Source: Capsulimonadales bacterium (lineage in GTDB: Bacteria; Armatimonadota; Armatimonadia; Armatimonadales; Armatimonadaceae). From it: a stretch of 61,305 nt of DNA. The DNA lies in the NCBI GenBank assembly GCA_033762295.1, contig JANRLW010000034.1, positions 1 to 61,305 of the forward strand. Reading direction: 5' to 3'. This document shows positions 17,916 through 27,553 of this stretch, piece after piece. The notes beneath the pieces were generated by a model. The model did not search any database and was not told where the DNA came from. It was given only the letters and a program-made list of their open reading frames with translations. The position numbers and the translations under genes are program-made. Every line of letters starts with the position of its first letter. Position 1 is the first letter of the stretch.

Positions 17916-18329
17916 TTATTCGACGGCCACCCTGAGTTTGTAGGACGTTCCCTGGCGTTTGCCGTAGACCTGAATGCTGTACCGACCGGATTCCGGCAGT
18001 TTCCCCGACCAGTCGCGCGGCAGGTCGCCGGTCGTCCGGGTCGGCGCGATCTGATCGTCGATCGGTCCACGCTCCAGCGAGTAGATACGAAGACCGGCGG
18101 CCTTATCCGAAGCGGTCAAGCGGACGGACAGACGCTGACCGGCGCGCGCCCGCATCACGTAGGCGTCGTAATCGAACGCCGTTTTCGGAATTCGTCCGGT
18201 AAGAACGACGCTTTTCTCGCCCCGGCGAAACCGGACCTCCTTCTCGACGCCCTGCGGACGGCCCGGTACGGCGAACGGGCCGAGGAGAAGGACGGCGACA
18301 GGGACAAGGGTTCGGATGGCGGACGGCAT
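17916..18329 (-). CDS. Small exported beta-sandwich (PPC-like) protein
   Basis: Signal peptide; VRFRRG, ARAGQRLSV, WSGKLPESGRYSIQV; GGGG RBS. Confidence 0.65.
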   Translation of the reverse strand: MPSAIRTLVPVAVLLLGPFAVPGRPQGVEKEVRFRRGEKSVVLTGRIPKTAFDYDAYVMRARAGQRLSVRLTASDKAAGLRIYSLERGPIDDQIAPTRTTGDLPRDWSGKLPESGRYSIQVYGKRQGTSYKLRVAVE

Positions 18330-18356
18330 GGTTTTCCCCCTGGCGCTTCGGATTTC

Positions 18357-18420
18357 TTGACGATCGGAAGGCCCATCCTCTATACTAACCGATAGATTTC
18401 ACCGTTACCAACGTTACCAA
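18357..18420 (+). promoter_or_regulatory. acs promoter with downstream 9-bp direct repeat
   Basis: TTGACG-N18-TATACT, then CGTTACCAA x2 (18403-18420). Confidence 0.5.
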
Positions 18421-18436
18421 CGAAGGATCATTCGCG

Positions 18437-20437
18437 ATGACGAACTCCCCTGGCTCCGGGTCGGCCGGACCGTCTGACGGCCGCGCGATCGAAGCGCGCC
18501 TGACCGAGGACCGAACGTTCCCGCCCAGCCCTGCCTTTTTCGCCCAGGCGAACCTGCGTGACACCTCCGTTTATGACCGCGCCGGTCACGATCCGCTGGC
18601 GTTCTGGAGCGAGTGGGCTGCCAAACTGGAGTGGATGCAGCCCTGGCATACGACGCTGGAATGGCATCCGCCCCATGCTCGGTGGTTCGTCGGCGGCAAA
18701 CTCAATGTTTCGGTCAACTGCCTCGACCGGCATCTGAAGACCGCACGACGCAACAAGGCCGCCATCCTCTTCGAGGGGGAACCGGGCGATACGCGAACCC
18801 TCACCTACTGGGAACTGTGGCGTGAGGTCAACCGGTTCGCCGGGGTGCTGAAGCATCTCGGGGTCGGAAAGGGCGATCGGGTCACCATCTACCTGCCGAT
18901 GATCCCCGAAGCGGTGATCGCCATGCTCGCCTGTACACGGATCGGCGCGCTGCACTCGGTCGTCTTCGGTGGCTTTTCGGCGGACAGTCTGCGGGAGCGG
19001 ATCAACGATAGCCGATCGCGTGTTCTGGTCACGGCCGACGGCGGCTGGCGGCGTGGCAACATCGTGAACCTGAAACACGCGGCGGATGAGGCGCTGGAAG
19101 ACGGCGCGTGCCCGACGATCGAGCATGTGGTGGTGGTCAGCCGGACGTCCGACGCACGGCATGTCCCGATGACCGACGGACGCGATCACTGGTGGCACCG
19201 CCTGATGGACCATGCCCCGCTCCTGACCGAACCGGAGGTGATGGATGCCGAAGACCCGCTCTATATCCTCTATACCTCGGGTTCGACCGGCAAGCCCAAA
19301 GGTATCCTGCATACCACCGGCGGCTACCTGACCCAGGTAAACGCGTCGATGGAGTACACGTTCGACATCAAAGATAGCGATGTCTACTGGTGTACGGCGG
19401 ATATCGGCTGGGTGACCGGGCACTCCTACGTGGTCTACGGGCCGCTGGCGGCGGGCGCGACCGTGCTGATGTATGAGGGTGCGCCGGACGCGCCGCACCG
19501 GGGCCGGTTCTGGGAGATCGTTGAAAAGTGGGGTGTCACTATCCTGTACACCGCGCCGACGGCGATCCGGACGTTCATGAAATGGGGAACGGAGCATATC
19601 AAGAAACACAATATGTCCACCCTGCGTCTGCTCGGTTCGGTCGGGGAACCGATCAACCCGGAAGCCTGGATCTGGTACCACGAGAACATCGGCGGGGGAC
19701 GCTGTCCGATCGTCGATACCTGGTGGCAGACGGAGACGGGCGCGCATATGATCACGCCGTTGCCGGGGGTCGTGGCGACCAAACCCGGTTCGGCGACCCG
19801 TCCCTTCCCCGGAATCGCGGCGGATGTCGTGGATGAAAACGGCAACTCGGTTCCGCCGGGCGGGGGCGGCTTCCTGGTGATGCGGCAACCCTGGCCGTCG
19901 ATGCTGCGAACGCTCTGGGGCGATGACGAACGCTATCGCAAGACCTATTGGAGTAAGTTCGGAGAGAAGAACCTCTATTTCGCCGGAGATGGGGCGCGTC
20001 GCGACGAGGACGGCTACTTCTGGCTGCTCGGGCGCGTCGATGACATCATGCTGGTCGCGGGCCACAACATCTCGACCATGGAGGTGGAATCCGCGCTGGT
20101 CGATCATCCGTCGGTCGCCGAGGCGGCGGTGATCGGACGCACTCACGACGTCAAGGGGCAGGCGATCGCGGCGTTCGTGACCCTGAAGGATGGCCATCGC
20201 GCGACGTCCGAACTGGCCGGGGAACTGAAAGGCCATGTCGCCCATAAACTGGGGCCGATCTGCCGCCCGGATGACATCCTGTTCTCGGCGGAACTGCCCA
20301 AGACCCGCTCCGGTAAGATCATGCGGCGGTTGCTGCGGGATATCGCCGAAGGCCGCGCCCTCGGCGACACCACCACGCTCGCCGATCCCTCGGTCGTGGC
20401 CGGTCTGAAAGAGAAGTACGAAAGCCAGGAAGGTTGA
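18437..20437 (+). CDS. acs: Acetyl-CoA synthetase
   Basis: [32 protein letters not shown]. Confidence 0.97.
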   Translation: MTNSPGSGSAGPSDGRAIEARLTEDRTFPPSPAFFAQANLRDTSVYDRAGHDPLAFWSEWAAKLEWMQPWHTTLEWHPPHARWFVGGKLNVSVNCLDRHLKTARRNKAAILFEGEPGDTRTLTYWELWREVNRFAGVLKHLGVGKGDRVTIYLPMIPEAVIAMLACTRIGALHSVVFGGFSADSLRERINDSRSRVLVTADGGWRRGNIVNLKHAADEALEDGACPTIEHVVVVSRTSDARHVPMTDGRDHWWHRLMDHAPLLTEPEVMDAEDPLYILYTSGSTGKPKGILHTTGGYLTQVNASMEYTFDIKDSDVYWCTADIGWVTGHSYVVYGPLAAGATVLMYEGAPDAPHRGRFWEIVEKWGVTILYTAPTAIRTFMKWGTEHIKKHNMSTLRLLGSVGEPINPEAWIWYHENIGGGRCPIVDTWWQTETGAHMITPLPGVVATKPGSATRPFPGIAADVVDENGNSVPPGGGGFLVMRQPWPSMLRTLWGDDERYRKTYWSKFGEKNLYFAGDGARRDEDGYFWLLGRVDDIMLVAGHNISTMEVESALVDHPSVAEAAVIGRTHDVKGQAIAAFVTLKDGHRATSELAGELKGHVAHKLGPICRPDDILFSAELPKTRSGKIMRRLLRDIAEGRALGDTTTLADPSVVAGLKEKYESQEG

Positions 20438-20441
20438 CGGA

Positions 20442-20936
20442 ATGCATGGCGAACCCATGCCGAATCCGGACGGCGTTTCCATCCGCACGGCGACCCTTGC
20501 CGATGCGGAGGCTCTCGTCGTCCTGATTCGTGAGTTTTACGACGAGTTCGGCGATCTGGAATTTGACGACGTCGAAACGCCGAAGACACTACGGATGCTG
20601 CTGACCGATCCGGCGCTCGGTACCGTTCTGGTGCCCTGCGTCGACGGAGCGCCGATCGGCTATCTGGCGTTGATGTACTGTCTGAGCCTGGAGTTTCACG
20701 GACGGTATGCGTTCGTGGATGAACTTTACATTCGAAAGGGATTCCGTGGGCGCGGTCACGGCAAACGTCTGCTCGCCCGGGCCGAGGATAGGTGCCGCGC
20801 GGACGGTCTCCGCGCCCTGTTTCTGGAGGTCGACCGCGCGAATCCCGATACTCAGCGGCTCTATCGGAACGCCGGTTTTCAGAATCGGGATCATTACCAT
20901 CTCTTCTATAAACGTCTCGACCCGGCTGATCATTAA
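20442..20936 (+). CDS. GNAT acetyltransferase
   Basis: FVDELYI..FRGRGHG, LFLEV..N..QRLY..AGF. Confidence 0.9.
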   Translation: MHGEPMPNPDGVSIRTATLADAEALVVLIREFYDEFGDLEFDDVETPKTLRMLLTDPALGTVLVPCVDGAPIGYLALMYCLSLEFHGRYAFVDELYIRKGFRGRGHGKRLLARAEDRCRADGLRALFLEVDRANPDTQRLYRNAGFQNRDHYHLFYKRLDPADH

Positions 20937-20952
20937 TCAAATGAATTTAGCT

Positions 20953-20982
20953 TACGTGATAGTACGTGATAGTACGTGATAG
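20953..20982. repeat. Perfect 10-bp tandem repeat x3
   Basis: TACGTGATAG TACGTGATAG TACGTGATAG. Confidence 0.95.
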
Positions 20983-21011
20983 AAAGCCCGTAGTTGCCAT
21001 AGCAAACCGTC

Positions 21012-21234
21012 ATGTATATACGACGCATCGAAATCTAAAATATTCGATCGATAAAGCATGCCTGCAGTACCGAAGTTTTCGGCTCGGGCATCACCCGGTC
21101 GCCACAGTCCCAGGATAAGCTCGATCGTCTGGCCGATCTGAACTTCAAAGAGATGGACGGAGGCCGAGAAGAGGGAACAGGAGCGACTGAGGGCTATGTT
21201 ACCGACCTCGCAACCGGTGCCAATTGGACGATGA
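21012..21234 (+). pseudogene. Remnant of AAA/ABC-type ATPase (N-terminus joined to C-terminus)
   Basis: MYIRRIEI*NIRSIKH (typical ATPase first strand, internal TAA) joined in frame to TEVFGSGITRS..KLDRLADLN; after a frameshift EKREQERLRAMLPT..*, whose TGA overlaps the next ATG. Confidence 0.6.
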
Positions 21235-21548
21235 TCCGTTTACCCGACGTAACTCTTCAAAACCGTGCGCGAACCCAATTACGGAACTGGCAACGTAAAA
21301 TCGATGACGTGCCCGATTTCGGGCGGCGAGTCGACGAGGCCGAACGCACCTGGAAAAACCGGAATAAGAGAAACAACGTCACATTTAGCAGGGTAAGGGA
21401 AGATTTGAGCCAGCATTGTGGTGAACTCGAGCGGTGCTGTTACTGCGAGGATTCTCAGGCAGGCGAAATCGACCGCGATCCTCGCGAAATCGACCGCGAG
21501 GATGCTGTTCGCCGAAGCGCGGGAAGCGCCGGACTGGTAAACTGGTAA
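21231..21548 (+). pseudogene. Truncated HNH endonuclease-like gene
   Basis: RCCYCEDSQAGEID zinc knuckle, then no HNH His or second CxxC; 16-bp direct repeat GCGAAATCGACCGCGA at the breakpoint. Confidence 0.6.
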
Positions 21549-21558
21549 AGACGACCGC

Positions 21559-22356
21559 TTACTCAACGCCGAGGAGTTCGACGTCGAAGATCAGTGTGGC
21601 GTTCGGGGGAATGACACCGCCCGCGCCACGCGCCCCGTATCCGAGGCTCGCCGGAATGGTGAGTTTGCGGCGACCGCCAACCTTCATCGTCAGGACGCCC
21701 TCATCCCATCCTTTGATGACCTGACCGACGCCGATCTTGAAGCGGAACGGCTGGTTACGGTCACGCGAGGAGTCGAATTTTTTGCCGTCGGTGAGCGTGC
21801 CGGTGTAATGCACGGTCACCATCTGTCCGGGTTGGGGACTGGCTCCCTCGCCGACGGCGATATCTTCGTACTGCAGACCGGACGGGGTCGTTATCATTTT
21901 TTCGTTACCTTTCGAGGAATCGGCTTCCGATGAGGAAGCGACGGACGGAGGCGGCGGACCGCCGGGCAGGCGGACATTCACCTGGGCGATGACGCCCATC
22001 AGTCGGTGCGCCCACTGCTTCGCCAGACGTTCCTGTGTCACTCCCGCCGCCTGCGCCGTCTCCCGATCGATCGTCACCAGCCGGATGTCGCGAACGTACA
22101 GGGTCGGTCCCTGCGGTAGCGGACGGACTCGAACATCCTTCGCGGTGACATCGGGCAGGGACAGCACCTGATTCACCCGTTCCTGAACCAGATCGGCGCG
22201 TTGTGCGGCCGTCAATCCGCCCGAATCGGTGCGGAATCGAAAAACGACGATATCGCCGAGAACGATCTCGCCCGGCGGCACCGGGACGGCGGCAGCCAGG
22301 AGGGCGAAGGCGCAAAGGACGGTCGGAGCGGGGGAAAACGACGGAGGGGCGAGCAT
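21559..22356 (-). CDS. FKBP-type peptidyl-prolyl isomerase fused to an N-terminal exported domain
   Basis: [43 protein letters not shown]; start uncertain. Confidence 0.92.
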   Translation of the reverse strand: MLAPPSFSPAPTVLCAFALLAAAVPVPPGEIVLGDIVVFRFRTDSGGLTAAQRADLVQERVNQVLSLPDVTAKDVRVRPLPQGPTLYVRDIRLVTIDRETAQAAGVTQERLAKQWAHRLMGVIAQVNVRLPGGPPPPSVASSSEADSSKGNEKMITTPSGLQYEDIAVGEGASPQPGQMVTVHYTGTLTDGKKFDSSRDRNQPFRFKIGVGQVIKGWDEGVLTMKVGGRRKLTIPASLGYGARGAGGVIPPNATLIFDVELLGVE

Positions 22357-22494
22357 AATGGCGCTATTGTACTCGATTTGCCCTTCCCGTCGTGTTATTC
22401 CCAGGCAAATTCCGTTCGTCAAAGGAAAAAACATGGCGTACAATGACGATTACCTGAAAAACGGACAACGCTGTTACGGAGAGAAAACCCCTGT

Positions 22495-22983
22495 ATGTCT
22501 GCTATTTCTGCCGCTACGCCTGATGCGGCGGTACGTATCGCCATCCGTCCCGCCGTCACCTCGGATTATGAGGCCGCCGCTCGCCTCTTTCGCTTTACGA
22601 TGGGGGAGGCCTTTGTGCTGGACAGGGCGCTCTGGGAGGAGACCTGTTCCGGGGAGAGCTACCGCGTTTTTGTCGGTGAGGAGGAGGACGGAAGGATCGT
22701 CAGCCTGGCGGTCGTGATCGTGTCCGATCGAATCCGCCTGGCCGCCGGAATCCGCCGTCGCCGGTTTCACCTGGACGAGTTGATCGTCGATCCCTCGTGC
22801 CGACGGCAGGGGATCGGTCACGCGATGCTGGAACACCTGAAGGCGGAGGCTGCCAGGGAAGCGCCCTCCTATATCCTCGTGAACTGCGACTTCATGGATG
22901 TTGCCGCGCGTCGTACCTACGAGTCGGCGGGACTGAACCTGGTGCGTCAGTCCGGAGATCGGTTCGAAATCACCTTCCGATAG
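22495..22983 (+). CDS. GNAT acetyltransferase
   Basis: LDELIVDPSCRRQGIG, AARRTYESAG. Confidence 0.85.
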   Translation: MSAISAATPDAAVRIAIRPAVTSDYEAAARLFRFTMGEAFVLDRALWEETCSGESYRVFVGEEEDGRIVSLAVVIVSDRIRLAAGIRRRRFHLDELIVDPSCRRQGIGHAMLEHLKAEAAREAPSYILVNCDFMDVAARRTYESAGLNLVRQSGDRFEITFR

Positions 22984-23027
22984 GTGTCGAGCCCTGGCTC
23001 CCGGCAGCAGGAGGCCGGGAGCCGGGG

Positions 23028-23786
23028 CTACATCTCCAGACCGCCGCAGATATCGTAGGTCGCGCCGGTGGTGAAGGAGGAGCGGTCGGACATCAGGAAC
23101 GCGATCAGTTCGGCCACTTCCTCGGGCTTACCGGAGCGTTTCAGCGGCAGACGGGCGAAGAACGCGTCGACGTCCGCGTCCCCGCCGACCGCGCGACGTT
23201 CCCGCAGGGTCTGTTCCCACATCGACGTCTCGATCGCCGCCGGACAGACCGCCAGCACGCGCACATCGGGAGCAAGGGCCAGCGCCGCCGACTTGGTCAG
23301 GTGGATCAGCCCCGCCTTGGTCAACCCGTAGATCGTCTGGGTCGGGCGGCCCGATCGACCGGCCGACGAGGAGAGGTTGACGATGACGCCGCCGTTGCCG
23401 AACCGTTTCATTTCGCGGGCCGCCGCCTGCATCACGAAGAACGCCCCCTTCAGGTTGACCGCCATCAGGCGATCGTACCCCTCCTCGGTGATATCGAAGA
23501 AGGGTTCGTTGCGGAAGATCCCGGCATTGTTGACCAGTCCGTCGAGGCGTCCGAGTCGGCCGGCAATCCCGGCGATCTTTTCCTGCGCGTCGGGGACATG
23601 GGCGACATCGAGCGGGAGAGTATGAACGGATTCGCGGGCGGCGAAGGTGCCGGCGGCGTCGTTCAGAGCGTTTTCATCCCGGTCGGCCAGAACGACCTCC
23701 CAGCCATCCCGGACCAGAAGTTGCGCGGTCGACAGACCGATACCGCGCGCCCCGCCGGTGATCAGGGCAACCTTTCGAGCGGACAT
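23028..23786 (-). CDS. SDR family oxidoreductase
   Basis: TGGARGIG, NNAG, YGLTK. Confidence 0.95.
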   Translation of the reverse strand: MSARKVALITGGARGIGLSTAQLLVRDGWEVVLADRDENALNDAAGTFAARESVHTLPLDVAHVPDAQEKIAGIAGRLGRLDGLVNNAGIFRNEPFFDITEEGYDRLMAVNLKGAFFVMQAAAREMKRFGNGGVIVNLSSSAGRSGRPTQTIYGLTKAGLIHLTKSAALALAPDVRVLAVCPAAIETSMWEQTLRERRAVGGDADVDAFFARLPLKRSGKPEEVAELIAFLMSDRSSFTTGATYDICGGLEM

Positions 23787-23799
23787 AGGACGCGGTTCC

Positions 23800-24282
23800 T
23801 TACCCTTCGCTGATGACGCGTTTGATCTCCTCGACCTGGGCTTTCATCGTCTCCAGACCGGTCCTGCCGCCATAGTGGGTGATGATCCGGTCATCGTATC
23901 GGTCGGCGGTCAGGGCAACGCCGAGGACAGAGGCTTTCAACTCGTCCGGGTCGACGGTGTTGGCAAGGATGGTATGTTTCAACAGGATATCGCCGTCCGA
24001 GTCGAGGGCGAACGCCCCGAAATTGAGCTCGGCGTTCTCGGACAGGAGGTACGCCATCAGTTCGGAGGAGATCTCCGCGCCGCTGACCACGTAGGCCCAC
24101 GTCGTGATGACCGCCAGTTCGTTGTTGTGCGGAAGGACCGCCGTATGAACGATCGCGCTATCGGCCCGCAGACGAAAGACGGGTTCGTCGGCGAATTCCA
24201 TGACGAACTGGCCGAAGATTTCGTGCATCAACTCGCGAACGCGCCCGTAGCAGGTTCGCTGCACATCGCTCAGAAACTCCAT
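23800..24282 (-). CDS. YbjN/CesT-like chaperone-fold protein
   Basis: YLLSENAELNFGAFALDSDGDI, ADRYDD..YGG pattern. Confidence 0.7.
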   Translation of the reverse strand: MEFLSDVQRTCYGRVRELMHEIFGQFVMEFADEPVFRLRADSAIVHTAVLPHNNELAVITTWAYVVSGAEISSELMAYLLSENAELNFGAFALDSDGDILLKHTILANTVDPDELKASVLGVALTADRYDDRIITHYGGRTGLETMKAQVEEIKRVISEG

Positions 24283-24354
24283 GTTCTCGGAATTCGCCGA
24301 CGACCTTTGAGATTCCTCTACGAAAATCCGCACTGATCCGGTCGTTGCCGGAGA

Positions 24355-24801
24355 CTATACCGGCAGAATGATCGTCTGTGCCTGGACGGCGGCGGCGCGG
24401 CGGGCCATTCGGTCGGCGAAGCTGCCGAGGCACGGAGCCTCATCGTCCTCGGTGCGGGTGTGGCGCATGGTCAGAACGACCAGGTCCATCGGTTCGTCCC
24501 GGTAGACGGCCAGCATTTTCGCCTGAAGGGCGGCGTAGGGGTCCCTGCCTTCGACGATCGTGCGGCGGGCGTAGATACCGTAACGCTGGAAAATGGTGGC
24601 GATATTGGCCAGGGCACCTTCGGCATGAAGCACTTTCTTCTGTCGTTCCTCCGGGGTATTGGAAGGGGAGATTGTCGCGGCCAGAGTTACCATGCAGTTC
24701 TGATGCGGTGTGAAGAACTCGGCGACGGTCTCCGCGGATCGACGGCACTCCTCCGTGCAGTCCACCGGAACCAGGGCGTGATGATAGATATGCGAAAACA
24801 T
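24355..24801 (-). CDS. Universal stress protein
   Basis: ALVPVD, IVEGRDP, DLVVL, LGSFADRMAR; GAAGG RBS. Confidence 0.8.
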   Translation of the reverse strand: MFSHIYHHALVPVDCTEECRRSAETVAEFFTPHQNCMVTLAATISPSNTPEERQKKVLHAEGALANIATIFQRYGIYARRTIVEGRDPYAALQAKMLAVYRDEPMDLVVLTMRHTRTEDDEAPCLGSFADRMARRAAAVQAQTIILPV

Positions 24802-24981
24802 GAGCGAACCTTCCCTTCGATGCCCCGAGATTGACCGGATAGAGTCGGTCGATCGGGCGTATTGACGATAGGATTGTAGGAAATAGTACGAATGTCGGAA
24901 TCCGCAGAACGGCGGATTTGCCGGCAAGCCGTCGAGTGGCGGCGCGTCTCCGGGAAAGGTTCCCGATTTCGGGGCGTGTTC

Positions 24982-25019
24982 GGTGATTATGGTCACAATT
25001 TTTGGTGATGCGGATCACT
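24982..25019. promoter_or_regulatory. Two tandem CRP/Rex-like palindromes
   Basis: GGTGA-N6-TCACA (24982-24997) and GGTGA-N6-TCACT (25004-25019), 22 bp apart. Confidence 0.5.
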
Positions 25020-25112
25020 TCCCTCAAACGGAAAGGGCGATACCCTGAAAGCGTAACCCATACCATCGGCTTGTATTCTCCGCAGTGCGAAAAAGAGAGA
25101 GGAATCACACAG

Positions 25113-25139
25113 AAAACCAGCTGCAAGGCTGGTTTTTTT
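25113..25139 (+). terminator. Orphan intrinsic terminator in divergent intergenic region
   Basis: AAAACCAGC-TGCAAG-GCTGGTTTTTTT. Confidence 0.65.
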
Positions 25140-25245
25140 GTTACCGTCCCGACCGAGAAGCACGCGGCGTCTCCGTCGAACGACCGTCCCGGTTGGCGAC
25201 GAGTTCGGTCGCCGATTTTTTCCGTGTTTTCACTTATAAGAAAAA

Positions 25246-25263
25246 TTGTGATTGATTTCACGA
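25246..25263. promoter_or_regulatory. Rex/CRP-like operator upstream of the ctaA-ctaB fusion
   Basis: TTGTGATTGATTTCACGA versus TTGTGAA-N4-TTCACAA. Confidence 0.55.
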
Positions 25264-25356
25264 AGTTGTCGCCTCCGCTTATAGACGGACCCGGAGCCGG
25301 TGTTGTATGATAGGGAACGACGGATACAGGGGGAAGCCCGGTCCGTTCCGCACCGC

Positions 25357-27282
25357 ATGGCACTTCTCGATGACAACACCACTGCCCGACTTGACCGCGC
25401 CCACCCGGTGCCGGACGCCACGGAACGGCGATCGGGCGACGTAGGTCGGCGGGTTGCGGAACGTACGTTCGGACGGTACGCCTGGTTCGTTCTCCTCTAC
25501 AATCTGCTGGTCATCGCGGTCGGGACCGTGGTGCGCGCGACCGGTTCGGGGGATGGCTGCGGGGCGCACTGGCCGCTCTGTGACGGCGAGATCATTCCGC
25601 TCGCTCCTTCCGTCGCCCGGATCATCGAGTTCACTCACCGGGTCGTTTCCGGTCTGGACGGTCTGTTCGTTCTGGCGCTGTTCATCGGCGGTTTGCGGCT
25701 TTTCCCGAGAAGGCATCCCGTCCGGCCCGCCGTGACCGTCACCCTGCTGTTGACGCTTTTTGAAGGATTCATCGGCGCGTACCTGGTCAAACAGCGACTG
25801 GTCGCCGACAACGCCACGATCGACCGCGCCATCTGGATGTCGATCCATCTGTGCAGCACCTTCTTCCTGCTCGCCTCGCTCTCGTGCGCGGTCTGGTTCT
25901 CCGGAGAGGGCGCCCGCCTGCGTCTGCGCGGCCAGGGCGCGGTCGGATGGTCGTTGCTGTTCGCCATGCTGTCGATGTTCGCTCTGGGCGTCTCCGGCGC
26001 AGTCACCGCGCTGGGCGATACCCTGTTTCCGGCGCGGGACCATGCCGACGCGCTGATGCAGGCGCAGTTCGGTTCGCATTTCCTCCAGCAGTTGCGTCTC
26101 CTGCATCCCTATATCGCCGGGTCGGTCGGCCTGTACCTGTTGCTGATCGCCGGACTGGTGTCCCACCTCCGTCCGATGAATCTGACTCGTCGGTGGAGTT
26201 TGATCCTGGGGTATCTGTTTCTGGCGGAGATCGGCGCGGGACTGATAAATGTCGCTCTGCGCGCCCCTGTCTGGATGCAGGTCTTCCACCTGTTGCTCGC
26301 CGATTTCGTCTGGATCGCTCTGGTATTCCTGGCTATGAGCGCCCTGGCGGAGACCACGCCCCATGCCGAAACGCGTCCGACCGTCGCTTCCCTGTCGGGA
26401 ACGCCGCGTCGGGACGTCCCCGGCGTCACCTGGCGGGACTATCTGGAGTTGACCAAGCCGAAGGTCATCGCCCTGCTGTTGATCACGACCCTGACCGCCA
26501 TGGTGATGGCAAAAGGGGGGTGGCCCGGCTGGGTGCCGTTCCTGGCGACCGCTCTTGGCGGATACATGGCGGCGGGCGCGGCCAAGGTCTTCAATATGGT
26601 GATCGATGCCGATGTCGACCTCCGGATGAAGCGTACGGCCGGACGACCGACGGCGTCGGGCAGGATTCCTCTCGATCACGCGCTTTATTTCGCATTTGCC
26701 CTGACGTTCGGCTCCTTTTTCGTTCTCTGGTTCGGGGCCAACCTGCTGTCCGCGATGCTGGCGCTGTTCGGACTGGTCTTTTATGTCGTGGTCTACTCGC
26801 TGTTGCTGAAGCGACGGACCTGGCAGAATATCGTTATCGGCGGCGCGGCGGGGGCGTTTCCGCCGCTGGTCGGGTGGGCGGCCGTGACCGGCGACCTGAA
26901 AAGCATGCTGGCCTGGTACCTCTTCGGTATCATTTTCGTCTGGACGCCCGCGCATTTCTGGGCGCTCGCTTTGCTAATCAAGGAGGATTATGCGGAGGCG
27001 GGTATCCCGATGGCGCCGGTCGTTCTGGGCGACCGGAACACGGTTATCCAGATCGGCATTTACACGATACTGACCGCCGTCGCCTCGCTCGCGCCGCTTT
27101 TCAGCGGATTCGTCGGCGTGGCGTACACCGTGGCGGCGGTCGTTCTGAATCTGGTGTTTTTGTTGTTCGCTCTCCAGTTGTACCGTCGAACGGACCGACC
27201 GCACGCATCGAAGGTGTTCCATTACTCGATGCTGTATCTGGCGTTGCTGTTCGTCGCGCTGGCGATCGATCGTACTCTGTAG
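25357..27282 (+). CDS. Fused heme A synthase (CtaA) - heme O synthase (CtaB/CyoE); start uncertain
   Basis: N half: [21 protein letters not shown] and conserved His; C half: [53 protein letters not shown]. Confidence 0.93.
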   Translation: MALLDDNTTARLDRAHPVPDATERRSGDVGRRVAERTFGRYAWFVLLYNLLVIAVGTVVRATGSGDGCGAHWPLCDGEIIPLAPSVARIIEFTHRVVSGLDGLFVLALFIGGLRLFPRRHPVRPAVTVTLLLTLFEGFIGAYLVKQRLVADNATIDRAIWMSIHLCSTFFLLASLSCAVWFSGEGARLRLRGQGAVGWSLLFAMLSMFALGVSGAVTALGDTLFPARDHADALMQAQFGSHFLQQLRLLHPYIAGSVGLYLLLIAGLVSHLRPMNLTRRWSLILGYLFLAEIGAGLINVALRAPVWMQVFHLLLADFVWIALVFLAMSALAETTPHAETRPTVASLSGTPRRDVPGVTWRDYLELTKPKVIALLLITTLTAMVMAKGGWPGWVPFLATALGGYMAAGAAKVFNMVIDADVDLRMKRTAGRPTASGRIPLDHALYFAFALTFGSFFVLWFGANLLSAMLALFGLVFYVVVYSLLLKRRTWQNIVIGGAAGAFPPLVGWAAVTGDLKSMLAWYLFGIIFVWTPAHFWALALLIKEDYAEAGIPMAPVVLGDRNTVIQIGIYTILTAVASLAPLFSGFVGVAYTVAAVVLNLVFLLFALQLYRRTDRPHASKVFHYSMLYLALLFVALAIDRTL

Positions 27283-27323
27283 TCGGAAGGGGCGCCGCCG
27301 ACCTCTGTCGGGCGGAGGAACCC

Positions 27324-27352
27324 TTGTCAAAATTTGTGAAATGTAGTACAAA
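27324..27352 (+). promoter_or_regulatory. Putative act operon promoter overlapped by a Rex-like site
   Basis: TTGTCA-N17-TACAAA overlapping TTGTGAAATGTAGTACAA. Confidence 0.4.
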
Positions 27353-27553
27353 TAACGCGCCGGGGCGAGGTCGCCGGCCGAGGATCTCTCCGGTCCGCCC
27401 GCGGCGGTGTCAGGACGGAGCGCAACTGCCCCGGCAGGGAAACCGGGTATAAACGGGGAAAAACGGGAAGAGGACGCTGGAAAAGTCGATACCGGGGCCG
27501 TCGGCTCCGAGACCCGGACGTAACGGTTCGGATCGGCAATTTACGGAACGCTT

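Noticed and set aside
20953..20982. CRISPR array or retron msr-msd next to the ATPase/HNH relic
   Set aside because: No spacers, no cas or reverse transcriptase gene in the window, and no long flanking inverted repeats seen.
21153..21230. N-terminal part of the 131-aa ORF as listed in the track
   Set aside because: Out-of-frame read of the ATPase remnant; the HNH-like gene more plausibly starts at ATG 21231 (ATGA overlap).
25020..25139. Known riboswitch (c-di-GMP, c-di-AMP, cobalamin, TPP)
   Set aside because: Consensus motifs not found by eye; kept only as an unclassified RNA candidate.
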